Notes under the pieces: generated by a model
Database searches by the model: none
Told to the model about the DNA's origin: nothing
Seen by the model: only the letters and a program-made list of their open reading frames with translations
DNA from: Chloroflexota bacterium
GTDB taxonomy: Bacteria; Chloroflexota; Chloroflexia; QHBQ01
Reading direction: 5' to 3'
Length of the DNA: 64,000 nt
Assembly: GCA_043754535.1 (NCBI GenBank)
Contig: JAYUUN010000084.1
Coordinates: forward strand, 1-64,000
Translations under genes and position numbers: made by a program
Part shown: positions 17,029-25,945 of the stretch, piece after piece
Layout: each line of letters begins with the position of its first letter
Numbering within the stretch: position 1 is the first letter of the stretch

Positions 17029-19371
17029 TCAGGGGTTTTGTAGCCGCTGGCGCAGGGCGGAATAGCGGTCTGCCGAGCGGTCGTTACGAACGGCAAGGGC
17101 GATTGCGTCGCGGGTGCCGACCAGGACGACCAGCTTGCGCGCGCGGCTAATCGCGGTGTAGAGTAGATTGCGGGCTAGCATACGCTGGTGCGCCAGGGTG
17201 ACAGGCAGCACCACCACCGGGTACTCACTGCCTTGCGCCTTGTGGACGGAGATCGCGTAGGCATGGGCCAGTTCGTCCAGTTCGCCGAAGGCATAGCTGG
17301 CGGAGAGTTCGGTGTCGAACAGCACCCGCACGCTCTGCTCAAGCGGGTCGATTTGCACTATGCGGCCAATGTCACCATTGAACACCTTCTTGTCATAGTC
17401 GTTGGTCGCCTGCATCACCTTGTCGCCCTCGCGGAAGATGCGGTCACCATAGCGGTGTTCGGCCTTGCCCGCAGCGGGTGGATTGAGTACCTCTTGCAGG
17501 CGCACGTTGAGGGCGGCCACCCCCACCGGCCCAGCGTGCATGGGCGATAGTACCTGAATATCGTCGAGCGGCTGGAAGCGAAACTTGCGCGGGATACGAG
17601 TGCTGACCAGTTCGGCAATCAGGTCGGGCGAGTCTTGCAGCGGGGCGTTGACGAAGAAGAAGTCGCTATCCGGGTTGGCGTTGGCGATTACTGGCATCTC
17701 GCCCGCGTTAATCAGGTGAGCGTTGGCGATGATTGCGCTGGCTTCGGCCTGGCGGAAGACCTGCTCCAGGCGCACTATTGGCACCGCCCCACTCTCAATC
17801 ACGTCGCGCAGGACATCACCCGGCCCTACCGGCGGCAACTGGTCAGCGTCGCCAACGAGGACGAGGTGGGAGCCGGGTGGCACTGCCTTGAGCAGGGCAT
17901 AGGTGAGCGGCAAGTCCATCATCGAAGCCTCATCAATGATGATTACGTCGGCATCAAGCGGGCTGCTGCCGCTAAACTCCATGCCACCGCCCGGCTTCAA
18001 CTCTAGCAGGCGGTGGATGGTGCTGGCGGGTGCGCCGGTCGCTTCGGTCAGGCGGCGGGCGGCGCGGCCAGTGGGGGCAGCCAGGATTACGCTGTTGCCC
18101 TTCGTCTGCAACAACTCAATGATCGCCCGCAGCGTCGTCGTCTTACCCGTCCCCGGCCCGCCAGTCAGCACCATCAGCGGGCTGGTCAGGGCCAGCTTCA
18201 CAGCATCCTGCTGCTGTTCGCTGAGGTCGAGCGTCGTCCGCATCCGCAGGTAGTCGTGGGCCTTCTCCCAGTTGAACAGGCGGAAGCGGGCTAGCCGATC
18301 ATCCTTCGCCTGCATCACGCGGTGCAGCAGGGCGGCCACTCCTACCTCGGCATGGTAGAGGTAGAGCGGATAAACTACCTGCTGCTCGGCAACGCGGTCA
18401 AGCTTGACCGCCTCGCCCTCCATCTGCTCCTCAAGTACGCTAGCCAGACGGTTGGGGCCAATATTGAGCAAGCCCTCGCCAGCCTCAAGCAGGTCGCGCA
18501 GGGGCATGAAGGCGTGGCCGCCCTCGCTGTGGCTAGCTAGCAGGTGGATTAGCCCGGCGGCAATGCGCTCGTCGCTGCTGCGGGTCAGGCCCAGGCCAGT
18601 CGCCATGCGGTCTACGGTGGCGAAGTCGGCCCCGTAGACGCTGGTGATTAGCCGATAGGGGTGGTTGCGGAGGACATCAAGCGACTGCTCTCCATAGTGG
18701 CGGTAGATGCGGAGGGCCAGCGAGACGTTCATCTGCTGGGTTTGCAAGAACTGCATCAACTCCTTAATCGTGCGCTGCTCTTGCCAGGCGGCGACGATAG
18801 CAGCGGCGCGGCGGGGGCCGAGGTGTGGCACCTCACGCAGGCGGGCTGGTTCGCGGGCCAGAACCTCCAGGGTTTGCAGGCCGAAGTGGTTGACGATTTG
18901 CTCGGCGATGCCCGGTCCTACCCCACGTAGGAGGCCGCCGCCCAGGTACTTCTTGATTGTACTCAAGGTAGCGGGCGGAGCGACCTGGTAGCGTTCGACG
19001 GTAAACTGGCGGCCATACTGGGGGTGCAGCAGCCACTTGCCTTCAAGGCGCAAAGCTTCACCGGGGATGATGCCGGGCAGGTAGCCGACAATTACCTGAG
19101 GCTTGCGTTTGCCGACCACGTGCAGGCGGGCTATCGTGTAGCCGTTCTCCTCGTTGGCGTAGCTGACACGCTCTAGCGTTCCCTCAAGGGTCACTGTGCT
19201 GGTCAGTTCGATGTTGCCGCCGCTGGGCTTGCCGGTGGGATTGCGCGCATCGTAGCTAGGAGCGGTAGCGAGCGCAGCAGGCAGCGGCTCTAGCTCCTTG
19301 TGCTTGCGCGGCAGGGCAGGGCGGGGAGAAGGGTAGGCAGCCCGGTAATTGTCTTCTTCCAATCGGTTCAT
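17029..19371 (-). CDS. recD2: ATP-dependent RecD2-like DNA helicase
   Basis: HPQYGRQF, HhH repeats, TGGPGTGKT, IDEASM, GDADQL, GDKVMQ, HKAQGSE and LLYTAISRA motifs. Confidence 0.95.
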   Translation of the reverse strand: MNRLEEDNYRAAYPSPRPALPRKHKELEPLPAALATAPSYDARNPTGKPSGGNIELTSTVTLEGTLERVSYANEENGYTIARLHVVGKRKPQVIVGYLPGIIPGEALRLEGKWLLHPQYGRQFTVERYQVAPPATLSTIKKYLGGGLLRGVGPGIAEQIVNHFGLQTLEVLAREPARLREVPHLGPRRAAAIVAAWQEQRTIKELMQFLQTQQMNVSLALRIYRHYGEQSLDVLRNHPYRLITSVYGADFATVDRMATGLGLTRSSDERIAAGLIHLLASHSEGGHAFMPLRDLLEAGEGLLNIGPNRLASVLEEQMEGEAVKLDRVAEQQVVYPLYLYHAEVGVAALLHRVMQAKDDRLARFRLFNWEKAHDYLRMRTTLDLSEQQQDAVKLALTSPLMVLTGGPGTGKTTTLRAIIELLQTKGNSVILAAPTGRAARRLTEATGAPASTIHRLLELKPGGGMEFSGSSPLDADVIIIDEASMMDLPLTYALLKAVPPGSHLVLVGDADQLPPVGPGDVLRDVIESGAVPIVRLEQVFRQAEASAIIANAHLINAGEMPVIANANPDSDFFFVNAPLQDSPDLIAELVSTRIPRKFRFQPLDDIQVLSPMHAGPVGVAALNVRLQEVLNPPAAGKAEHRYGDRIFREGDKVMQATNDYDKKVFNGDIGRIVQIDPLEQSVRVLFDTELSASYAFGELDELAHAYAISVHKAQGSEYPVVVLPVTLAHQRMLARNLLYTAISRARKLVVLVGTRDAIALAVRNDRSADRYSALRQRLQNP

Positions 19372-19482
19372 CTTTATCTTCTAACTCTGCATAAGGTTGG
19401 CTGGCCGCTTACGCTCGCGGGTCTATGCTGCAAACAGGTTGGGCTGGGGACGCAGGTATGCTGCGCCCCCACCAGGCTGCGG

Positions 19483-19902
19483 CTAGAAGGGTAGCTCCTC
19501 AGCCTCCATCTCGTCGTCGGCTCCAGCTCCCACCCCTGCCAACACCTGGCTGCCGTTGCTGCCGCCTGGCTTGCCGCCCAGCATGGTCATCTGGCCCGCG
19601 ACCACCTCTGTCTTGTACCGCTTCTGGCCGCTCTGGTCTTCCCAGGAGCGGGTTTGCAGCCGCCCCTCTATGTAGACCAACTGGCCCTTGACCAGGTACT
19701 GGTTGCAGCGGTCAGCCAGCTTGTCCCAGGCAACTATGTTGTGCCACTCGGTCTCCTCGCGGCCCTGGCTGCCCTCGCCGCCTATGTAGCGGTCGGTTGC
19801 CAGACTGAAGCTGGCGACCGCCGTCCCTGCCTGGGTGTAGCGCAGTTCGACGCTGCCCCCGACCCGCCCAATCAACATGACCTTATTCATAGTCCCAGCC
19901 AT
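19483..19902 (-). CDS. ssb: Single-stranded DNA-binding protein
   Basis: NKVMLIGR, ETEWHNIV, KGQLVYIEGRLQTRSW and an acidic EELPF tail. Confidence 0.97.
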   Translation of the reverse strand: MAGTMNKVMLIGRVGGSVELRYTQAGTAVASFSLATDRYIGGEGSQGREETEWHNIVAWDKLADRCNQYLVKGQLVYIEGRLQTRSWEDQSGQKRYKTEVVAGQMTMLGGKPGGSNGSQVLAGVGAGADDEMEAEELPF

Positions 19903-20027
19903 CTTAACATACTTCCTTTCTAAACTCTAGTCGCTCTAATTGTGGGTGACGGTTGAGCCGCTGCGCCTGGTGCTGTCTTTGCCCTGGGGCTGGCAGCAGC
20001 GGTAGGTGATGAGGTGGAACGAGGGCA

Positions 20028-20879
20028 TTACTGATTTGCGGCGCGGCGGCTGTTGGCGGCTGCATTGCTGATCGGCGGTGAGCCAGGACGGGTGGCGCGG
20101 ATGTTGGTTACCTTGCTGGGGGCGGCTGGCTCTGGGCTGGCAGGCTGCTCTGGGGTGGGCGCAGCTTCGGGCTGACGGGCAGACCGCTGCTCGCTAGCTA
20201 GCTGGGGGGCAGTCGGGTTGGCTGGGCGCGGAGCTGGCTGTGGGGCTGGCTGGCGTTCGCCACGCTCCTGGTCACGAGCCTCTAGCCGCTCGCGCAACTC
20301 GCGGGTCTTCTCGGCGACGATGCGGTTGTAGTTAATCAAGTCATACGCTGCCACGTAGTCGCGGGTGACCAACATTGCCTTCATCAAGTCGCTCTCTGGG
20401 ATACGCATCTGCACCCGACTGGTCGGCTCACCAGCAGGCTGGATTGCCCCATTCTGGGTTGCCTTGCCAGGGCCGTTGGCAATGGTCAGGCGGTAGGGGT
20501 AGCGGGCGAACTTGCCCCCCTGGTCGTCATACTCGATCATTAGGGTACGGCTCTCTATCGTACCATCCTGCTTGCTACTGCCGCCGAACCGCTCGAAGCG
20601 GCCTGCCACCTGGGTGGGGGCGCAGATTACCTCGCGGAACAGGCGATTGGTGACCAAGTGGACGAGCAGCTTGAGGTCGTCGCTATCCAACCAGGCCGAG
20701 GCGATACCGGTCTGCCGCCCTGACTCCTGGTCGTAGCTGGCTAGCTCGATTTTGACCTTGTTGATGCGGAGCGCGTCGTAGATGTTGAGGAAGTTCTTGT
20801 TCGTCGCGTAGACGTAAATCTCGACCGGCGGCTTGGGGCGGTCAGCGGGCCGCTGTTCGGGGCGTTGCTCTTGGCTCAT
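20028..20879 (-). CDS. Hypothetical protein, predicted Whirly/PC4-like beta4-alpha repeat with a Pro-rich tail
   Basis: Long ORF with typical codon usage between the SWIM gene and ssb; fold call is an inference. Confidence 0.75.
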   Translation of the reverse strand: MSQEQRPEQRPADRPKPPVEIYVYATNKNFLNIYDALRINKVKIELASYDQESGRQTGIASAWLDSDDLKLLVHLVTNRLFREVICAPTQVAGRFERFGGSSKQDGTIESRTLMIEYDDQGGKFARYPYRLTIANGPGKATQNGAIQPAGEPTSRVQMRIPESDLMKAMLVTRDYVAAYDLINYNRIVAEKTRELRERLEARDQERGERQPAPQPAPRPANPTAPQLASEQRSARQPEAAPTPEQPASPEPAAPSKVTNIRATRPGSPPISNAAANSRRAANQ

Positions 20880-20962
20880 CTTTTTGCTCTTTCGTTCTCT
20901 CAGGTGGTGGGGCAGCCCCAACACGCGGATTGTGCGCGGCGGCTGCCTTCAGCGTGGCTGGC

Positions 20963-21190
20963 TCAGGCGGCAATGAAGCCACAATCGCGCAGGGCGATGA
21001 TGTGTTGGCACTCGGCTGGCTGTCCCGCCTTGCTGCCTGCGCCACAGGTGCAACTTGGCTGTGGGCTACCAGTCAGCACCACGCGGTAGCTGCGTTGGCC
21101 GCCCTGCTGCACCGTATAGGTGCCACCCTGCCCATAAATGCGTGTCCAGGCTGGGCGATGCTTGGGCTGGTCTGCTGCTTGCTTGCTCAT
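20963..21190 (-). CDS. Small SWIM zinc-finger protein
   Basis: YRVVL...SCTC-x10-CQH; GAGGAG RBS. Confidence 0.8.
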   Translation of the reverse strand: MSKQAADQPKHRPAWTRIYGQGGTYTVQQGGQRSYRVVLTGSPQPSCTCGAGSKAGQPAECQHIIALRDCGFIAA

Positions 21191-21210
21191 CACAATCTCC
21201 TCTCTGCGTA

Positions 21211-21222
21211 GAACTGCTGTTC
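21211..21222. promoter_or_regulatory. LexA (Cheo-type) box 2, in the 5' UTR
   Basis: GAAC-TGCT-GTTC matches GAAC-N4-GTTC. Confidence 0.85.
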
Positions 21223-21234
21223 TAACCTGGGTTA

Positions 21235-21263
21235 ATTGTATCATAGAACGCTTGTTCTGTCAA
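21235..21263 (-). promoter_or_regulatory. Near-consensus sigma70 promoter with LexA box 1 in the spacer
   Basis: Minus strand TTGACA-17 bp-TACAAT with an extended TG; the spacer contains GAAC-N4-GTTC at 21246-21257. Confidence 0.9.
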
Positions 21264-21361
21264 GGGCTGCTGCCCGCTTTGGTGGGGGATTGGGGCAAAG
21301 TGCGTGCTTTAGCGGGCAGCAGCTAGCCTGCAACTGGCGTGGCTGGCTCTGCTCAAAGCAA

Positions 21362-21390
21362 ACCCAGCCCTCCTGTGCTGGGGGCTGGGT
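21362..21390 (-). terminator. Probable terminator after the GAPDH-like gene
   Basis: acccagccc/gggctgggt stem with a T-rich tail on the minus strand. Confidence 0.55.
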
Positions 21391-21425
21391 CGTTGCTGCT
21401 CATGCTGGCTGTTGACTGGCGGCTG

Positions 21426-22475
21426 TTAGCCCGCCCTGACCCAGCTAACGAAGTCGTGGCGCATCCCCAACGCCGCGTCGGTGCGGCTGATTGAGTCCTC
21501 AGCCAATCGCTCGCTGGCGCAGAGGGCGCGGATTGCATCAATGTTCTCGGCAATAGCCGCCGCTTCACTAGCCTGGTAGCTGAAGTAGATTTCGGCCCGC
21601 TGCACCACCAGCGAGTCCTCCCACAGGGCCGTTTCCCACATATCTCCACGCGGGCGACCAAGGTCGAGCATCAGAGCCTGCAAGTCCTGGTAGCTGTTGA
21701 TGCCATCGGCCATCCGTACTAGGGCAATGCGGGGGCTGGCGCGGAAGGCAGTTAGCACCTCCTCAATCGTTACCGCGTGGTCGGCTTCAATGATCCAGTA
21801 GTGGTTGTTGTCCTGCTTGGGCGTGGCGCGGGCGATGAAGGTGACGACATCCAACCCCGATAGCACCAGGTTAAGCTCGTCGGTTTGGTTGCTGCGGACT
21901 TTGCTGGCGGGCAGGCTACCAGGCGCGGGTCGGTCGCTGAGCGGCTGCCAGGAATCGTCGTGCGGGTGGTGCATGACCACACCGCGTGCCTTGTGCAAGA
22001 GGCCGCCATCGCGTAGCGCAACCAGCACGCGGGCTATGCTGATGGTATTACTTGAAGCAATGCGGGTGTAGTCGCGGCCCAGTGTAGCCGCATAGTTGGC
22101 CTGGGACACGAAGCTGTGGCCCGCCACGTCGTGCTGTTCGCGGCCTTGAAAGACAGCCTTGACCGCAGCCCGCTGGTAGTGTTCTAGATTGCGTACGCCC
22201 ACTCCACGTGGGGTACAATCCAGCACCACGTCTACCAGACTAAGCAGGCGGTCGAGGGTGCCAAGCACTACAATGCCTGCGGCTGTCATGGCACGCTCAT
22301 GTTCTGGAGCGGCGGCGTAGAGTGGCACCCCCAGGGCTGCCGCTACTTTGGTCTGGTAGTTGCTCAGTACATCGCATACCCCTATCAAATCCATGTCTGG
22401 CTGAAGGCGCACTGCGTCAGCCACCCGCTTGCCAACAGTACCATACCCGTTGACAGCTACTCTGATCTTGTCCAT
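21426..22475 (-). CDS. Type II (archaeal-type) GAPDH homologue lacking the catalytic Cys
   Basis: VAVNGYGTVGKRVADAV, DCTP, FQG, RPRGDMWE and ENIDAIRA motifs; SCNT reads SSNT. Confidence 0.85.
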   Translation of the reverse strand: MDKIRVAVNGYGTVGKRVADAVRLQPDMDLIGVCDVLSNYQTKVAAALGVPLYAAAPEHERAMTAAGIVVLGTLDRLLSLVDVVLDCTPRGVGVRNLEHYQRAAVKAVFQGREQHDVAGHSFVSQANYAATLGRDYTRIASSNTISIARVLVALRDGGLLHKARGVVMHHPHDDSWQPLSDRPAPGSLPASKVRSNQTDELNLVLSGLDVVTFIARATPKQDNNHYWIIEADHAVTIEEVLTAFRASPRIALVRMADGINSYQDLQALMLDLGRPRGDMWETALWEDSLVVQRAEIYFSYQASEAAAIAENIDAIRALCASERLAEDSISRTDAALGMRHDFVSWVRAG

Positions 22476-22825
22476 CTTGCCCTCCGTTAATAGCGACCAA
22501 TAGCGATTGAAGGCCAATGGTAGCGACTGATAGCAACTGCCCACCCACATCATTGCAGGATGCCAGAGCTTGCGCCGCTAGCAGCCTCTCCAGCACAACT
22601 AACCCTACTCCATTGTACGGTACGCTGGTTGCGGTTGCGGTATGCATAGGTGAACAAACGGTAAACAACCCACGCAGCGACGATGTGGCCCACCCCGCTC
22701 TAACCCCACGCAAGCCAGCCTACCAGCGGGGCTAGTTCATAGCTCACTTTCAGTTCCACCAGACCTCAGGGGTGCAACCAAACTGGAACTGGGAACGGCT
22801 AGCTCGCTGCTATACAGCCCTACGC

Positions 22826-24388
22826 TCACTGCTCCCCTTGCAACAGCACTGCTGCCGAGGGTGCAGCACTCAGCCTGTTCCCCTGCCAGCGCAAATAGAG
22901 GTCGCGCCCAGCAGTGGGATTGGGTTGCTCAATCGCTGCATCGAACAGCTTCTGCTCAAACAGGCGGTAGTAGACCGCCATGCTGCGGTAGGGGTCTACC
23001 CTATCTGGCGCGCCATACCACATCCGCGCCGCCCAGTGCAGCCCCTCGTTCCAGACGCTGGCCCGCTGGTAGGTGAAGGGTGGGCCGACGAAGAACAGGC
23101 GGTCGTTCGGCTGTACGTCCGGGTAGGTCTGCTTCAGTTGTACCAGCAAGCTGCGGGTTTGTTCGCCTGCCACCCGCCACTCATCGTTGTGCGCCATCGT
23201 CCCCCAGCCGCCAAGCGCAACCAGCAGCATGATAGGCACGGCAACCAGGCTGGCTGCCAGCCACTGCTTCAGCCCCAGAGCAAAGACCGCGACCGCGAGA
23301 CGTGCCACCGCTGCGCCCAGCATAATCGCCAGCCCCACACTGGGCAGATAGACATAGCGGGTGGCCTGGTCGAAAATCGGGATGCTAACCACCGGCGCAA
23401 GGCTGACTAGCAGCCAGAGCAGCCCAAACCAGCCGATGCGCCCACCATACCAGGCCAGTGCAGCGAACGCCACCAGCCCGCCCACCAGGAACAGATTGGC
23501 CGCCCCCCCACGCAACCCCGTCACGCTAGGCAGCCCCACAACCATGCCAATATAGCCCGCGATATTGTCGAGCAAGGGCTGGCCGAGCTTAGGGGTCGAG
23601 CCATAGCCCATCATCAGGATGCGCTGGCTTTGCAGCCAGAGCCGCAGCAGCAGATAGCCGCCGCCGAGCAGCACGAACGGCCCATGCAGCCGCAACTTCG
23701 CCAACAGCCAGCCGCCAAAGTCGCGGGCGCGCAACTCAGGCTGGTCGAAGCAGAGCAAGTCGGCCAGGAACAGCACCGCGAACGAGGTCAGCCCCATCTC
23801 CTTCGCCAGGATACCGAGGATAAGGAACAGCGCGGTCAAGCCATACAGCCACCAGCGCGGCGCACGACGGTAGCTCACGAAGGAGACCACGCAGGCCAGA
23901 TAGAACAGGCCGGTTAGGGAGTCGAAGCGGCCATCCACCCAGGTTACTGCGCCCGGATGAGCAGGCAGCACGGCAAACGTTACCGCCGCTACCCCCGCCG
24001 CCAACACCCCCTGCTCCCGTGCGGGAGAATGCTCGGCTGGGGGGACTAGACCCAGCAGCAGCCGCCAGACCAGGGCGGCACAGCCGCAGTTGAGCAGCAC
24101 GTTCTCCAACCGCCAGGCCGCCGGGTTGAACCAGCCCCATAGCTTGTAATCCAGCACGAAACTAAGCCAGGTGAGGGGCCGATAGAAGCCGCCCCCGCGC
24201 CGCAGGTTGAAGAAGTTAGCCACCTGCGCCCAGCCCTTCGGCAGCGCGAAGTTGTAGTCGTCGGCCACCCACCAGTAGCCGAGCGTCGGCAGGTAGAGCG
24301 CGAGGGTGAGGCCCACCGCCAGCGCGAGAGCCAGCCACTTCAGGTTTCGCAGCCGCTGAGCTGGCGCAGGAGGGCGGTTGGTGGTCAC
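22826..24388 (-). CDS. GT-C-type multi-TM glycosyltransferase (TMTC/PMT-like)
   Basis: ADDY, FYRPL, HPGAVTWVDGRFD, AKE and RYVYLPS motifs. Confidence 0.8.
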   Translation of the reverse strand: MTTNRPPAPAQRLRNLKWLALALAVGLTLALYLPTLGYWWVADDYNFALPKGWAQVANFFNLRRGGGFYRPLTWLSFVLDYKLWGWFNPAAWRLENVLLNCGCAALVWRLLLGLVPPAEHSPAREQGVLAAGVAAVTFAVLPAHPGAVTWVDGRFDSLTGLFYLACVVSFVSYRRAPRWWLYGLTALFLILGILAKEMGLTSFAVLFLADLLCFDQPELRARDFGGWLLAKLRLHGPFVLLGGGYLLLRLWLQSQRILMMGYGSTPKLGQPLLDNIAGYIGMVVGLPSVTGLRGGAANLFLVGGLVAFAALAWYGGRIGWFGLLWLLVSLAPVVSIPIFDQATRYVYLPSVGLAIMLGAAVARLAVAVFALGLKQWLAASLVAVPIMLLVALGGWGTMAHNDEWRVAGEQTRSLLVQLKQTYPDVQPNDRLFFVGPPFTYQRASVWNEGLHWAARMWYGAPDRVDPYRSMAVYYRLFEQKLFDAAIEQPNPTAGRDLYLRWQGNRLSAAPSAAVLLQGEQ

Positions 24389-24936
24389 GAGCAGAGCTGC
24401 GCTATTGTGCGCGCCAGCCAGCCCAACTCCGCCTGGTACATAGTCAGGATGTGGTCGTTGACGATAGCGTGGTGGGCTGTCGGCTGCTGGATAGCGGCCA
24501 TCTGCTGCTCGGTCGCGGCTAGCTGCTGCTGCAAGTTCTGTTGGCGCGCCTGCAAGAGGGCAATCGCTTCGCCAGTCGGTAGGTAGTTGAGGAAGAAGAT
24601 AGCCACGTCTACCGCATTGTGGATTGGTTCGCTGCCCCTGAGGACAGCCCGCAAGGTCTGGTGAAAGAGAGTGCGGCCAGCCTCGGTCACGGCGTAGACC
24701 AGCCGCTCACCCCCCTCACCCTCCACCGACTGACTGCTGCTAGCCAGGTAGCCATCAGCAGCCATGCGGTCGAGTAGATAGTAGAGGTTCGGCTTCTTCA
24801 GGTCAGAGTAGAAGTCGAGGTGGGTGTCAATCAGTTCCTTCAACTGGTAGCCGTACATTGGCTGACGAAGCAACATCCCCAGCAGCATCAGTTGCTTGTG
24901 GCTACCTGCCTTCTTGTCCGCTGGGCCAGCCGTCAT
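24385..24936 (-). CDS. PadR-family transcriptional regulator
   Basis: LGMLLRQPMYGYQL, LYYLLDRM and YAVTEAGR motifs. Confidence 0.9.
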   Translation of the reverse strand: MTAGPADKKAGSHKQLMLLGMLLRQPMYGYQLKELIDTHLDFYSDLKKPNLYYLLDRMAADGYLASSSQSVEGEGGERLVYAVTEAGRTLFHQTLRAVLRGSEPIHNAVDVAIFFLNYLPTGEAIALLQARQQNLQQQLAATEQQMAAIQQPTAHHAIVNDHILTMYQAELGWLARTIAQLCS

Positions 24937-25934
24937 CGCGCTTCGTCAAGGCGCAATACACTGCCTGCCTCAGCCAGCCCACCCTTCGCCAGCCACTCGC
25001 GGTTCCAGGCGACCGCCAGCGGTATCCCCTCGGCCAACGATACCAGCGGCTCATAGCCAAGCAGGCCGCGCGCCTTGCCGAGGTCGGCCACATAGCGGGT
25101 CACTTCACCAACCAGCGAGGGTAGCACGGTCATCGCGGGCGGCACTCCTACCGCCGCACCAATCATCTCCGCCATCTCCACCAGCCCGTGGCCCTGCCCA
25201 TAAGCCAGGTTAATCACCTCATTCGTCACCCGCCCGCTCACCAGTGCGTCAATGCCCAGGCGCACCCCCCGCACACAGTCATCCACGTAGGTGAAGTCTA
25301 GCAACTTCTGTTCGCCATAGACCGTAATCGGCTCGCCAGCAGCTATCTTGCGGATGAACAGCGGCATCACCCGCTCCATCCGCTCAAGATCGTTGTCGTA
25401 GCGACCATAGACGTTGCTGAAGCGGAAGACCATGTATGTCATATCGTAGCAGCGAGCATAGGCGTAAACCAGGGCTTCGCTAGACAGCTTGCTGGCCGCA
25501 TAGGGGCTAGCCGCCAGGCGGTGGTCAGCCAGTTCCTCACTCACGGGGTCATTGTGGTGCAGGGGCAGGTTGCCATAGGTCTCGCGGCTGCTGCCGAGGA
25601 TGATCGGCAGGTTGTGCTGGCGGCAATATTCCAGCACGTTGAAGGTCATCACCATGTTCTCCAGGGCGCGGTGGGGGTAGCGGGTCAGTTCGTGAACCTT
25701 CGCGTAGGCAGCAAAGTGTACTACCACGTCAGCGATAGGGCCAGCCTCGTTCAGGTAATCGCCCACTTCCTCTGGGGCCAACACCCGCGCAAGGTCGCAG
25801 CCAACAGTGGTGATACGCTCCGTCCACTCGTTGGCCCGCTTGTCCACCCCCACTACCTCATGCCCCTCATCGAGCAGAGCCAGACCCAGGTTAGTGCCAA
25901 TCTGCCCGCTAGAGCCAGTAATCAATACGCGCAT
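24933..25934 (-). CDS. NAD-dependent epimerase/dehydratase
   Basis: ITGSSGQIG, SSRETYG, YAASK, RFSNVYG and DFTYVDD motifs. Confidence 0.92.
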   Translation of the reverse strand: MRVLITGSSGQIGTNLGLALLDEGHEVVGVDKRANEWTERITTVGCDLARVLAPEEVGDYLNEAGPIADVVVHFAAYAKVHELTRYPHRALENMVMTFNVLEYCRQHNLPIILGSSRETYGNLPLHHNDPVSEELADHRLAASPYAASKLSSEALVYAYARCYDMTYMVFRFSNVYGRYDNDLERMERVMPLFIRKIAAGEPITVYGEQKLLDFTYVDDCVRGVRLGIDALVSGRVTNEVINLAYGQGHGLVEMAEMIGAAVGVPPAMTVLPSLVGEVTRYVADLGKARGLLGYEPLVSLAEGIPLAVAWNREWLAKGGLAEAGSVLRLDEAR

Positions 25935-25945
25935 GAGCTTCCTCG

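Noticed and set aside
20898..20965. Selenocysteine readthrough of the SWIM gene UGA, given the tRNA-Sec
   Set aside because: The SWIM motif is complete before the UGA, the extension is only 20 codons, it is out of frame with the next gene, and no convincing bSECIS follows
17029..21263. Prophage or ICE origin for the ssb-recD2 block
   Set aside because: No integrase, relaxase, structural gene or att repeat was seen, and composition looks like the flanks
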